A DNA stretch of 64,000 bases from contig JAEWAX010000149.1 of NCBI GenBank assembly GCA_023391425.1, positions 177 to 64,176 on the forward strand. Direction: 5' to 3'. This document shows, piece by piece, positions 29,184-39,362 of this stretch. The stretch's first letter is position 1, and every line of letters begins with the position of its first letter. A model generated the notes under the pieces. It did not search any database. It saw only the letters and a program-made list of their open reading frames with translations, and was not told the origin of the DNA. The translations under genes were made by a program, and so were the position numbers. This DNA comes from Bacillota bacterium (GTDB lineage Bacteria > Bacillota > Clostridia > Acetivibrionales > DSM-1351).

Positions 29184-31565
29184 TTACCTCAACACATAAT
29201 CCTTAGTTGCCATATAATCTATAATACTTTTTGCAAATGCATTTATATCATCACTAGAAAGAGTCTTTTCAGTTGAGCCAATCACAAATCTAAAGGTCAT
29301 GCTCTTCTTTCCTTCTGGTAAGCCTTTTCCAGTATAGATTGTAACAAATTCAAAACCATTTAAATACTCTGACTTAAATGCACCAATATCTTCAAGCAGC
29401 TTATCAAATGTAACTCCATTATCAACCAAGAAGCTATAATCTAACTTAACTTCAGGGAATTTTGATAAATCTTTGTATTGGATTGCATTAGTATTAATAG
29501 CTTGTAGAACATCTCTGTTTATCTCCAATACAGCTACATTAACTTTCTTGCCAATGTTCTTCTTTATCATTGGGTGAATAACGCTAATATATCCCATTAG
29601 ATTTCCATTATAGCTAACATCAACAGATTTCATAGGATGAACCCAGTTGTATTCACTAGTACAAGGAGCAAAGTCAGGAGCAACATTTTTCAATGTCTTC
29701 GCAATAAATGTCATCATTCCCTTTAAGTCATAGAACAACTCGTCTTCACTCTTTGTCTTACTTCCAATCAGAACACATATATTCTTATGTTGCTCGCATT
29801 TTTCCTTTGAGTTAGCAGCCTTGAATACACTTCCGATTTCAAATATTGAAAAATCATCATATGTCTTTTCATTCTTTTCAGCAAAGCTCAGCATACTTGG
29901 AACCATGCTATCTCTCAAGGTATTGGAATCCTGTGCTTGTGGATTTAGAACCTTTACCTGTGCATTAGTTTCAATCCCTATCTTACTATTAAAGGTGTTA
30001 TCATACCAAACGTAGCTCATTACCTCGCTTGCACCAAATCTTTCAGAAAGTAATTCCTTTATCTTATGGTCTGTAATTCTTTCCTCATTATATTCAAGTG
30101 GCTTTAATGCGATATCCAGAGTCTGTGGAACTATATTGTCATAGCCATATATTCTGGTGATTTCCTCTATGATATCAACTTTCATTGTGATATCCTTTGT
30201 AGCTCTGAAGGTTGGAACCTCTATATTAAAGGTATCTCCGTCAACATCAACCTTGAATTCCAATGACTTTAATACATCTACCATTTTTTCTTTAGATAAA
30301 GTGTTTCCAATATATCTATCAATATATGGCTTTGTTATTGTTATATCTATTGGCTCTAGCTTGTTGCAATACACATCAGTTAAGGCAGATGCAAATGTTA
30401 TATCTGCTTGCATATCCCTAAGTAATTTAACAAACCTTTTGATAGCTAAAACTGTCATGTTAGGGTCAAGGCACTTTTCATAACGCGCACTAGCCTCTGT
30501 ACGTAGACCCAATTTTGTTGAGCCCTTTCTTATTGAAGGACCATCAAAGGTAGCTGACTCTAATAAAATTGATGTGGTATCCTCTAGAACCTCTGAATTT
30601 TCTCCACCCATGATACCAGCAACAGCGACAGGTCTTTCCTTATTGCAAATGAGTAAAACATCTTCTGGTAGTTTTCTTTCTGAACCGTCAAGAGTTGTAA
30701 ACATTGTTGGTTCTTTTGTAGACCTTACAATAATCCCGCTTTCTACTTGTCTGCTATCAAATGCATGCATTGGTTGACCCATCTCAAGCATCAAATAGTT
30801 AGTTAAATCAACAAGTGGTGAAATCGGTCTCATTCCACAATAGAAAAGCCTTACCTTCATATTCATTGAAGTCTTCAGATTAGTTGCTCCATCTATTTTT
30901 ATGCTGGAATATCTGAGACATTTTTCTGTATCTTCAACTTTAACATCAACCTTATTCTTGTCTTCTGAGCCTGCTAAGCTATCAATCTGCATTGGCTTTA
31001 GCTCTTTACCATAAATAGCAGCAATCTCACGTGCAATTCCATAATGTCCCCATAAGTCAGGTCTGTTTGTGAGTGATTTATTATCTATCTCAACAATAAC
31101 GTCATCAATATCTATAATTGATTTTATATCAGTACCAGGTGCATAATCTCCATCTAAAATAAGAAGTCCGCTATGGTCATCACTAATACCTAGTTCTTGA
31201 GCTGAACATAGCATACCAAAGCTTTCTACTCCAACCAGCTTAACTTTTCCAAGCTTAGGAAGCTTTTTTACTGAACCACCAATCTTTGCTAGTGGAACCA
31301 AAATACCTTCTGTAACATTTGGTGCTCCACATACAATTTGCAGTATTCCATCGCCTGAATCAACCTGAGTGATTTTAAGCTTTTTGGATTCTGGATGTGG
31401 AACAACGCTGAGAACCTTACCAACTACTACGTTTTGAATATCCTGACCAACAAATTCAACCTCTTCTACCTCTGCAGTAGACATTGTAAATCTGTACCAA
31501 AGTTCTTTTATATCTATGCCATCTAAATCAACATAATCTTTTATCCAATTTAATGATATTTTCAA
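29184..31565 (-). CDS. pheT: Phenylalanine--tRNA ligase beta subunit
   Basis: 793 aa. MKISLNWIKDYVDL start, tRNA-binding domain, B3/4 and B5 regions. It lies immediately downstream of pheS. Confidence 0.93.
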   Translation of the reverse strand: MKISLNWIKDYVDLDGIDIKELWYRFTMSTAEVEEVEFVGQDIQNVVVGKVLSVVPHPESKKLKITQVDSGDGILQIVCGAPNVTEGILVPLAKIGGSVKKLPKLGKVKLVGVESFGMLCSAQELGISDDHSGLLILDGDYAPGTDIKSIIDIDDVIVEIDNKSLTNRPDLWGHYGIAREIAAIYGKELKPMQIDSLAGSEDKNKVDVKVEDTEKCLRYSSIKIDGATNLKTSMNMKVRLFYCGMRPISPLVDLTNYLMLEMGQPMHAFDSRQVESGIIVRSTKEPTMFTTLDGSERKLPEDVLLICNKERPVAVAGIMGGENSEVLEDTTSILLESATFDGPSIRKGSTKLGLRTEASARYEKCLDPNMTVLAIKRFVKLLRDMQADITFASALTDVYCNKLEPIDITITKPYIDRYIGNTLSKEKMVDVLKSLEFKVDVDGDTFNIEVPTFRATKDITMKVDIIEEITRIYGYDNIVPQTLDIALKPLEYNEERITDHKIKELLSERFGASEVMSYVWYDNTFNSKIGIETNAQVKVLNPQAQDSNTLRDSMVPSMLSFAEKNEKTYDDFSIFEIGSVFKAANSKEKCEQHKNICVLIGSKTKSEDELFYDLKGMMTFIAKTLKNVAPDFAPCTSEYNWVHPMKSVDVSYNGNLMGYISVIHPMIKKNIGKKVNVAVLEINRDVLQAINTNAIQYKDLSKFPEVKLDYSFLVDNGVTFDKLLEDIGAFKSEYLNGFEFVTIYTGKGLPEGKKSMTFRFVIGSTEKTLSSDDINAFAKSIIDYMATKDYVLR

Positions 31566-31577
31566 TTTGCTTCCCTC

Positions 31578-32609
31578 CTATCTTACTGAAAATTGTTCTA
31601 ATGCTCTCAAATCTCCTGAGTTGAGAACACGGATGTCACTGATTCCATATTTCATCATTGCAAGTCTTGTGAGTCCTACTCCAAAGGCGAAGCCTGTATA
31701 TTCTTCCGGGTCAATTCCGCCGGCACGTAAAACATTTGGATGCACCATTCCACATGGTAGTAATTCTATCCAGCCTGAATGTTTACAGGTAGGACAACCT
31801 TTTCCCCCACAAATCATGCAGTTCAAATCCAACTCAAAACCCGGCTCAACAAATGGGAAGAAGCCCGGTCTTAGTCTTACTTTAACATCTCTATTAAATA
31901 CTTCTGACAATAGAAGTTTCATAACGTATATTAAGTTTGCGATAGATACATTCTTGTCTATCATCATACCCTCAAGCTGGAAAAAAGTATTTTCATGGGA
32001 TGCGTCAATGTTTTCATTTCTAAAGCATCTTCCTGGAGCAATTACCTTTAGTGGTGCTCCAAATTTCTGCATAGCTCTTACCTGACATGGTGAGGTATGT
32101 GGTCTTAAACATGAGCCATTTTCCAACCAGTAAGTATCCTGCATATCTCTTGCAGGGTGATTCTTTGGAATATTTAATGCCTCAAAGCTATAGAATTCCT
32201 CTTCAACCTCTGGCCCATCAACAATATTGAAGCCCATTCCTGTAAAGATTCTCTCTATTTCCTTTTGAACAATAGTTACCGGATGTAAGGAACCTACTTG
32301 AAACTGAGTACCTGGCAATGATATATCAAAGTTTGAGCCCTTGCTTAATGTCTTTTTAACATCGTTTGCGCTCAGTTCCTTAAATTTAGCCTCCAAAAAT
32401 TCACTCAATTCATTCTTTAACTCATTTGCCTCTTGTCCGAACTGCTTTCTTTCTTCAATAGCCATGTTTTTGAGATCCTTGAGCATATCTGTCAATTCAC
32501 CCTTTTTACCTAGTAGCTTTACTCTAAGCTCTTCAACCTCGCTACTTGTGGAAGCTTCTTTTATTTTGCTAAGAGCAAGGTCTCTTAAATTACTTATTTT
32601 TTCAATCAC
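31578..32609 (-). CDS. pheS: Phenylalanine--tRNA ligase alpha subunit
   Basis: 343 aa with class II motifs (HPARDMQDTYW, FRNENIDASHENTFFQLEG, GFAFGVGLTRLAMM). GTG start with AAAGGAGA 8 nt upstream. Confidence 0.93.
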   Translation of the reverse strand: MIEKISNLRDLALSKIKEASTSSEVEELRVKLLGKKGELTDMLKDLKNMAIEERKQFGQEANELKNELSEFLEAKFKELSANDVKKTLSKGSNFDISLPGTQFQVGSLHPVTIVQKEIERIFTGMGFNIVDGPEVEEEFYSFEALNIPKNHPARDMQDTYWLENGSCLRPHTSPCQVRAMQKFGAPLKVIAPGRCFRNENIDASHENTFFQLEGMMIDKNVSIANLIYVMKLLLSEVFNRDVKVRLRPGFFPFVEPGFELDLNCMICGGKGCPTCKHSGWIELLPCGMVHPNVLRAGGIDPEEYTGFAFGVGLTRLAMMKYGISDIRVLNSGDLRALEQFSVR

Positions 32610-32644
32610 GTCTATTATCTCCTTTCATTGTTTACTTTTTTGAC

Positions 32645-32998
32645 AATATAAAAGCCCCCATCCCATAAAAAGGGACGAAGGCATTCTTCGCGGTACCACC
32701 CAGATTTTAAAGTAACCTAGCTTGACTTTCAAATGTTTGAATAAATCAATTAATCATACAATCTTATCATGCTAATAGCACTAAACTCTTTGTAATTTAA
32801 CGGTTTTTTACCGGCAGCCCCTACGTTTGATAAAATACTTGGCTTTTACCCAGTTGGCGGTAGAAGCTTAGTTATACTTAATACTATTCAAAAGGTATTA
32901 AGTATATAATTTTATCCAGTTCAGAGCCACAGCTTCGGAGGGAACTTGGGCAAGTAGTTTGCTAAAGGTACTTTCAGCCAGTGATACCTTCTCTCTAG
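32645..32998 (-). promoter_or_regulatory. T-box leader (presumed Phe) of pheST
   Basis: The minus strand carries AAATCTGGGTGGTACCGCGAAG (T-box consensus). It is followed by the terminator GCCTTCGTCCC-tttttat-GGGATGGGGGC plus a T run. A Stem-I-like start AGAGAGAAGGTATCACTGGCTGAAAGTACC lies at about 32990, and a TTC triplet occurs in CCCAAGTTCCC. Confidence 0.85.
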
Positions 32999-33280
32999 AA
33001 CATCCTTTTCTCACTTACTTTTCTCCATCATCGCTTTTATTAGTATTATATGTTAGCTATTATAGCAATATAAAATAAAACATTCAAGGAGATTTTTGTT
33101 TAGCAAATAAAGATTTATATATATTTATATAAGATTTTTATGACTGTCTGTTTTTCTGCCTAATTGCTAGTACTTTTATAATATCTTAAACTGAATCTCC
33201 AAAAAAAGTAGGATAATAAATACAAAGCGACACCAATAAAAGGCTCAATATACATATAAATTTGTGGATAATTAACCATA

Positions 33281-33464
33281 TCAGGTTGTGGGTTCATCGA
33301 AGAACACTATTTGGGGTAAATGGTAATGCAGCAACTATATCTGCTCTCATTCTTTGTCCAAGGGATAGCTGCCGAACTGGTTGATTAATAAATTCATCCA
33401 AGTCAAGAAGTTAGCTGAATTGTTCTAGCTTTTCTCTGAATTTCTCTTCTGGAACCCCTAACAA
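33281..33464 (-). pseudogene. ABC transporter ATPase fragment (signature to Walker B only, nonsense plus frameshift)
   Basis: The minus strand reads LLGVPEEKFREKLEQFS*LLDLDEFINQPVRQLSLGQRMRADIVAAL, then after a frame shift ..VFFDEPTT*. There is no Walker A and no C-terminal part. Confidence 0.75.
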
Positions 33465-33465
33465 A

Positions 33466-33555
33466 TTACTTAACCCCGTTATTAATAACCATTACTCTTG
33501 AGCATAGCCTTTCTACTTCAGAGACATCGCGAGTTGATAAAACTACAGTGATATC
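33466..33555 (-). pseudogene. ABC transporter ATPase C-terminal fragment
   Basis: The minus strand reads DITVVLSTRDVSEVERLCSRVMVINNGVK* (H-loop region). It lies 5' of the mid-gene fragment, so the order is wrong for a single gene. Confidence 0.65.
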
Positions 33556-33561
33556 TTGCTT

Positions 33562-33672
33562 CTAAATAAAAAAATCCGCAGAAATGTTGAATTTAGAAAA
33601 TATAGCCTCTATTTCCTTTGATAAATCTTTTAATATCTTTGGCTCGTCATCACAAACCGCAACGGTAAACAT
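33562..33672 (-). pseudogene. Truncated response-regulator receiver N-terminus (LytTR/AgrA-type start)
   Basis: The minus strand reads MFTVAVCDDEPKILKDLSKEIEAIFSKFNISADFFI*. This is only 36 codons of a receiver domain. Confidence 0.65.
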
Positions 33673-33748
33673 TGTAATCCCCATTTCTCATGCTATTTTT
33701 AAATACAGTATAGCACAATAAAACGAAGTGAAAAGAGCAAATAAATAT

Positions 33749-33793
33749 GGTGCTATTGCCTCTATTTACGAGTTAATAGAGAGCAAAAGCACC
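33749..33793 (-). terminator. Intrinsic terminator after tlp
   Basis: On the minus strand, GGTGCTTTTGCTCTCTATT-loop-AATAGAGGCAATAGCACC is followed by ATATTTATTTGC. Confidence 0.6.
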
Positions 33794-33853
33794 ATGTGGA
33801 TTTTTTTGTTAAACAGTATTGAACCCCATTCTAAAAAATGAAAGTTTTTTACT

Positions 33854-34078
33854 TTACTTCATGAACTGACCGTGATCTTCTTTAATTTCTTTTTTCATTT
33901 TTTGAACTGCATCTTGCCTCCTACTATTTTTTTCTATTAAAGTTTCTTTTAATCTAACATCGTCAGTTTTATTAATTATTTCATTAGCAACTTCTGTATT
34001 GTGCATAGTTTTATTAATTTTTGTTTTAACTCTTTCTTCATTTCCTTGCTGGTAATCTGGATTTTTAGTTATTTTCAT
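33854..34078 (-). CDS. tlp: Small acid-soluble spore protein Tlp-like
   Basis: 74 aa. NPDYQQGNEERVKTKINKTMHNTEVANEII...EKNSRRQDAVQKMKKEIKEDHG parallels the Bacillus Tlp pattern as I remember it. Confidence 0.55.
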   Translation of the reverse strand: MKITKNPDYQQGNEERVKTKINKTMHNTEVANEIINKTDDVRLKETLIEKNSRRQDAVQKMKKEIKEDHGQFMK

Positions 34079-34250
34079 ATTTCAAATACTCCTTTGTTTT
34101 AATAAAAAGCTATTACTTATTATGTCCACGAAAAAATTTTGTAGACTCTAAAAAATTCCTCGAATCAATATTTATTTGTGGCCCACTTGACTACATTTTT
34201 GGCAAATAATACAATGTAGTAAATCCTAAAAGAAACTAAAAGGAAAATTT

Positions 34251-35480
34251 ATGGGCTATAAACGTTTATCCTTAATGTTATTTGCACAATTTATCATATT
34301 ATTACCTCTTTATTTTACTGGAATTAATATATTAAACGGTAATTATTCATACGCCATCCCTTTTATCTTACTAATGGCGTACTTTTTGTACTCGCTAAAT
34401 CTGTTAAGGATCGAAGCCCTGAAAATTAAGAAAGATAAACATGATGGTGTCTATAGGGAAACATTAATTCTGTGTAATTACGATGTATTATATAAAGGAT
34501 TAGAGAAAAACAACAATATGCCACCAATACCAATTGCTACATTCAAGTGTTTTGACAGTGATGAATATATGTGTTTGAGTGGGGATTACTCACAAGTAAA
34601 CATGGTAGAAGGAAAGAAATATAAAGTCAAATATTATAAGAGTTCAGGACTTTTAATTGATATAGAAAATGACTACAGCCGTCCTAAAAAAGTAAAAGTA
34701 ATTAAACACTCTAAGCAATCTCAAAAATCTACGTATACTAAACGCGCAAAGTTCATAAAACTGTCTGAGCTCCCTGCCTTTATAGAAGTCCTTATTACTT
34801 TATTAATAATTGGTGGTCCAATATTCATTATTTTATTTGTTTTATATAAGTTATATAAATTAATCCAAATAGAAGTTTTAATGACTAGATATGATATATT
34901 ACTTGTTCAGCCTAGTTTTTTAGTTTGGTTTTTTATCTTTTATGGATTAGCTGTTTTTTTTCTAATACTATTCGAGAAAGATAATAATACTTATCTTGGT
35001 TTTGTCTCCAAAATATATTTCAAACTTGGATTTAGGAAATCTCTTGCTTTAGTTTCTATTATTTTTATTTTACTTTTAACACAATTATTCTCCGTCTATA
35101 TAAAAGTTTCTCCAGATAAAATAGAATGCAAAAATGGATATTTCTTAGATACTCAAACTTATAGTTGGAATAGTGTTGAGAAGTCTCGCATCTATTTTTC
35201 TTCAGAAAGTCATAAATATAAAATACATATCAAATTACACTATATTTTAGTATTAAAAGACGGTAACACAATTGAGCTTAAAAACTCAGATATGTTTTGG
35301 GATAGAATTTTAAAGGTGGATACCATTTTACAGCATCATGGTATTACTGTCGATAGAGGAGCAATATCCTACTTGGAAAGTATTAATTTTATTCTTGATG
35401 AAGATGTAGATTTTGATAGTGGATTAAAAGTATTAAATCAAATAATATCAGTAGAAGGATATCTAGGTTTAGTAAATTAA
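34251..35480 (+). CDS. Hypothetical polytopic membrane protein
   Basis: 409 aa. It has 2 N-terminal TMs, a soluble segment of about 110 aa, then 4-5 TMs, then a soluble C-terminal domain of about 110 aa. No recognised motif. Confidence 0.5.
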   Translation: MGYKRLSLMLFAQFIILLPLYFTGINILNGNYSYAIPFILLMAYFLYSLNLLRIEALKIKKDKHDGVYRETLILCNYDVLYKGLEKNNNMPPIPIATFKCFDSDEYMCLSGDYSQVNMVEGKKYKVKYYKSSGLLIDIENDYSRPKKVKVIKHSKQSQKSTYTKRAKFIKLSELPAFIEVLITLLIIGGPIFIILFVLYKLYKLIQIEVLMTRYDILLVQPSFLVWFFIFYGLAVFFLILFEKDNNTYLGFVSKIYFKLGFRKSLALVSIIFILLLTQLFSVYIKVSPDKIECKNGYFLDTQTYSWNSVEKSRIYFSSESHKYKIHIKLHYILVLKDGNTIELKNSDMFWDRILKVDTILQHHGITVDRGAISYLESINFILDEDVDFDSGLKVLNQIISVEGYLGLVN

Positions 35481-35550
35481 AATTTTATGGATTAAGTACT
35501 GCTTTTAAAATATAATTAAATTAGCACCAATTTACAGGGAGGTCGATATT

Positions 35551-36495
35551 GTGGAAAATAACATTTTGATTGAGATTGAAAAAAGACTGGATGCTATACC
35601 AGCATTAGAACAACGTATGGTAAAACTACGTATCCGAATAAATGATGCGCAAGATGAGGTTAAATCCTTATTGCACAGATTTGAATCAGAGTCATTAGAT
35701 GTTGAAAATATTCAGAAGGATTCTTTATCAAATACCATATTAAAGTTAATTGGAAAATACGAAGGAAAGGTTAATAAAGAAACTCAAGAAATGCTAATGG
35801 CCAAAATGGATTATGATAAAGCAACTGAAAGAGTAAAAATGTTATACAATGAACAGGGTGAACTTGGCAACAAGCTATCCGAGTTATATAAGGAAAAACA
35901 AACTTTTGAAGATGAGCTAAAAAAAAGAGAAGAAATGATCAAAAGTAATGTTACAGATCAAACCTACAAAATATATACGGAAATCCAAACTGAGCAAAAC
36001 TTTCTGACAACTCAGCTTATTGAAATAGACCAAGCCCTTAAAGCAGCAAATAGAGTACTAGCTACAGCAACTAGAGCCATGCAGCAACTTCAGAGTTCTG
36101 AAGATTGGGCTACATATGATGTATGGGGCGGTGGCGGAATAATCAGTCATCTGGCAAAATATGAACATATTGATGAAGCTCAAGCAGAATTTAATACATT
36201 AAACTCTCAGATTAAAGATTTTGAAAAGGAACTCCTTGATGTAAATATACAGGATACTTATGATTCTTTAGGAATAGATTCAACTACAAGAGCTATAGAC
36301 TTTTGGTTTGACAATATATTTACCGATTTAAGTGTGAGAGATAAGATTCGTGATGACATGGAAAATTTAAGAGAACTAAGCAATAAAGTCAACAAAACTA
36401 TTAACAATCTAGAAAGTAATAGGGTTGAAATAAATAGAAAGTTAGACGAAACAGCAACTAGAAAGAATGTTTTGATTATGTCTATAGAAGGATAA
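35551..36495 (+). CDS. Hypothetical coiled-coil protein
   Basis: 314 aa and heptad-rich, with a central WATYDVWGGGGIISHLAKYEHIDEAQ segment. GTG start with AGGGAGG 8 nt upstream. It lies 70 nt after the preceding gene with no terminator between. Confidence 0.5.
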   Translation: MENNILIEIEKRLDAIPALEQRMVKLRIRINDAQDEVKSLLHRFESESLDVENIQKDSLSNTILKLIGKYEGKVNKETQEMLMAKMDYDKATERVKMLYNEQGELGNKLSELYKEKQTFEDELKKREEMIKSNVTDQTYKIYTEIQTEQNFLTTQLIEIDQALKAANRVLATATRAMQQLQSSEDWATYDVWGGGGIISHLAKYEHIDEAQAEFNTLNSQIKDFEKELLDVNIQDTYDSLGIDSTTRAIDFWFDNIFTDLSVRDKIRDDMENLRELSNKVNKTINNLESNRVEINRKLDETATRKNVLIMSIEG

Positions 36496-36589
36496 TTTTT
36501 TGATATTCATACCCGCTGCCCATGCAATTGTTTTTATAGCAAAAATAATATAAAATGCTATTTATACGGAGTTGGATTGGAGATTACGA

Positions 36590-37618
36590 ATGCAGAAAAA
36601 ATATATTATAAGAGGATTAATTGCAATCCCAGTAATAGGATTACTATTAAAAACGCGGACACCCTCCATTAAAGGACATAAAAATAGTATTAGCACCTTG
36701 AAGCAGATTGAGATTAATGGTACAAAACATGAACTGCTGATTAGGGGTAATGACAAAAATAATCCTGTAATTATCTTTGTGCATGGAGGTCCAGGTACTC
36801 CTGAAATTCCCTATGTCAGAAAATATCAAGATTTATTAGAGCAGAATTTTACTGTTGTTCACTATGATGAAAGAGCTTCGGGAAAGTCATATCATTTCTT
36901 TGAAGATTATTCAAACTTGTCCATTGACTTGCTAGTAGATGACTTAATTGCACTAACAGATTATATTAGAAAAAAATTATGTACAAAACAAATTATATTA
37001 GTAGGACATTCCTTTGGAACAGTTGTAGCAATAAAGGCAGCTAACAAAGCACCTGAGAAGTATTTAGCCTATATAGGACTAGGTCAAATAGGTGATTTTT
37101 GGAGTAGAGAATTGGAGTCCTTGGAGTACTGCTTATCACAAGCCACACTACAGAACAATTCTCAAGATATTAAAGATATAGAAGCTTGCCGAGATAGTAT
37201 AGTAAATCACAAAGATACTTTTCCAAGAAAATATACTCGAAAATATGGTGGAGTAGCACGACTTATTAATGATGCAAGCGATATGGTATCAGGAATGTTG
37301 CTGAATCCTGAATACAATTTATTTGATACTATTCGTTTCGGCAAAGGTCGTTCGGTTTCAAATAAAGTCCTATGGACGGAATTGATGAAAAGCCAACTTC
37401 CAAATGAAGTTTCAGAATTAAAAATACCTTGCTATTTTGTTATGGGTAAATATGATTATTTAACACCTGCAAAAACTGCAAAAGCATATTTTGATTCTAT
37501 AAGTGCACCAGTAAAAGAGTTTATCATATTTGAAGAGTCAGCACACTACCCTCAATTTGAGGAAAAGCAGAAGTTTTTTGATTTGGTGAATAAAGTCTAT
37601 GAAGAAACTAAACCGTAG
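36590..37618 (+). CDS. Alpha/beta hydrolase (proline-iminopeptidase-like) with N-terminal anchor
   Basis: HGGPG oxyanion motif (IFVHGGPGTPE), nucleophile elbow GHSFG, and a C-terminal His (ESAHYPQFE). The ATG at 36590 has GGAG 7 nt upstream. Confidence 0.75.
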   Translation: MQKKYIIRGLIAIPVIGLLLKTRTPSIKGHKNSISTLKQIEINGTKHELLIRGNDKNNPVIIFVHGGPGTPEIPYVRKYQDLLEQNFTVVHYDERASGKSYHFFEDYSNLSIDLLVDDLIALTDYIRKKLCTKQIILVGHSFGTVVAIKAANKAPEKYLAYIGLGQIGDFWSRELESLEYCLSQATLQNNSQDIKDIEACRDSIVNHKDTFPRKYTRKYGGVARLINDASDMVSGMLLNPEYNLFDTIRFGKGRSVSNKVLWTELMKSQLPNEVSELKIPCYFVMGKYDYLTPAKTAKAYFDSISAPVKEFIIFEESAHYPQFEEKQKFFDLVNKVYEETKP

Positions 37619-37634
37619 TAGTTGTAGTTACAGT

Positions 37635-39356
37635 TTAATTTACATTTGTGTACTCAGATACTTCCTCTCTCTTAATTACTCGCCTTATACCTGAATTAAA
37701 CGTAGCTTGAACCAAAAAGTAAATTGCATTTAGTAAAATAAAAACTATACCGATTACAAATACGTTTGTTTGGAAAGGCATGTAATCCCCGGTCTGAAGA
37801 GACAAAGATTTTTGGATTGACTGTACAAGCTTAATACTAGGCCAAAGGGTTAAGAGAAACGACACCCATATAATAGGTTTATAAATATCTACGAGCATTT
37901 TCCTTATTTCCTTAGCTTTATAGCCCATTAGTTGAAGAATAAGAATATCTCTTGTACTGTCTTGAAAATTAAGCAACAATGCTAAATAGAGAAGAATGCA
38001 ACCTACAACGCAGCCAATAGCTTGATTTATTACAGCACTGCTTTTATTGGACACTGAGGCTCTATCTAATGCATCAAGCCTTTGTTCATGTGTCATTACT
38101 GTTCCGCCATTGCCTAATGGTTTCATGCTCAAAACACCATTATAAGAGTTTTTAGGCAAATCAAGGAGTTCGGTCAGTGTATCCTTGTCTATGTAGACAC
38201 AGTTACTTGTAGCATTGTCCACAATATGCACCATTGCTCTAAATTCCCGCCCATTAACATAAAGGATAATTTTATCTCCATTTTGGAAACCATACATTTC
38301 TTGTAGAGCAGGGCCAATAAAGACATTGTTCTCTTGTGGCAAATCAATTGATATTCCCTCGGAATTTTTAAGTGATAAAAGTGTTTTTCCTCGCTCTAAG
38401 CCAACAATCTGCTGTTCTACCTTGTTAACACTGCCAGTTTTTGAAAGTGTACCTGGTACAGACAGATACATTTGTATATCTAACTCTTTATTCTCTTGCT
38501 CAAGATATTCTTCATACTGCGTGTCATAAAGATAGTTATGCCCATCTATTTGAGATTTGAACACCGTTCCACTGCTCAAATTTAGTGAATATCCCATAAC
38601 AAACATAACAGTAAAACTCATCACCGCAGTCACAATTAGTATCACTGCGATAGGTTTTCTTAAAGCAATACGTATAGAAGCTTTATTCTTAATGGGTATG
38701 AGACCAACAAAAGTATTTGCCAAGTGCAGTATTATACTATATTTTAGTTCTCTATTTATACCAGCCAGTAAAACACCGCTTTCCTTGCCACGAACAAACC
38801 CATATGAAAAAACCGATGCAATGCATAACGTCATAGTTGGTAACAGAAATCCAATTAAAACACTTGTACCATGAAGCTCTCTCACTAGACCCGACATAGA
38901 ATACGCTTTTTCATTAGCATGAATGAGAATACTTGATGAAAAATATCCACCACATATTCCAAACACCGTTCCCAATAAAGACAGTACTACAGTAAAAGCT
39001 ATAAAATAGCTACAAAGCGTACGATCCTTAAATCCCAGTGATTTTAGACAGCCAATCTGCTTTTTGTTAATCTTGAAGAACCTATAAAAAAACATGATAA
39101 ACACAAAAGCTGTAAGCATCGTTAAGGCCAACAGAAAACTGAGTGCAAGAATCTTGTTTGATTTTAATGCAGTCATGTACAGCGATTGATCTTCATTTAA
39201 TGAGGGTAAAGCATACAACTTTGCTATATTCCCATCAATAGAAAAACGTACGAAGAAGAACATAAAGGTTGTGAGTGCTGTCAAAATCAGCATTAAGATA
39301 ACAAACACCTTGTTTTTTGCCATTTCTTTTGTGAGCTGCTTATATAATAATCCCAT
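37635..39356 (-). CDS. ABC transporter permease, FtsX family
   Basis: 573 aa with two 4-TM FtsX-like blocks separated by a large extracytoplasmic loop. It lies immediately downstream of the ATPase gene. Confidence 0.75.
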   Translation of the reverse strand: MGLLYKQLTKEMAKNKVFVILMLILTALTTFMFFFVRFSIDGNIAKLYALPSLNEDQSLYMTALKSNKILALSFLLALTMLTAFVFIMFFYRFFKINKKQIGCLKSLGFKDRTLCSYFIAFTVVLSLLGTVFGICGGYFSSSILIHANEKAYSMSGLVRELHGTSVLIGFLLPTMTLCIASVFSYGFVRGKESGVLLAGINRELKYSIILHLANTFVGLIPIKNKASIRIALRKPIAVILIVTAVMSFTVMFVMGYSLNLSSGTVFKSQIDGHNYLYDTQYEEYLEQENKELDIQMYLSVPGTLSKTGSVNKVEQQIVGLERGKTLLSLKNSEGISIDLPQENNVFIGPALQEMYGFQNGDKIILYVNGREFRAMVHIVDNATSNCVYIDKDTLTELLDLPKNSYNGVLSMKPLGNGGTVMTHEQRLDALDRASVSNKSSAVINQAIGCVVGCILLYLALLLNFQDSTRDILILQLMGYKAKEIRKMLVDIYKPIIWVSFLLTLWPSIKLVQSIQKSLSLQTGDYMPFQTNVFVIGIVFILLNAIYFLVQATFNSGIRRVIKREEVSEYTNVN

Positions 39357-39362
39357 CGAATC

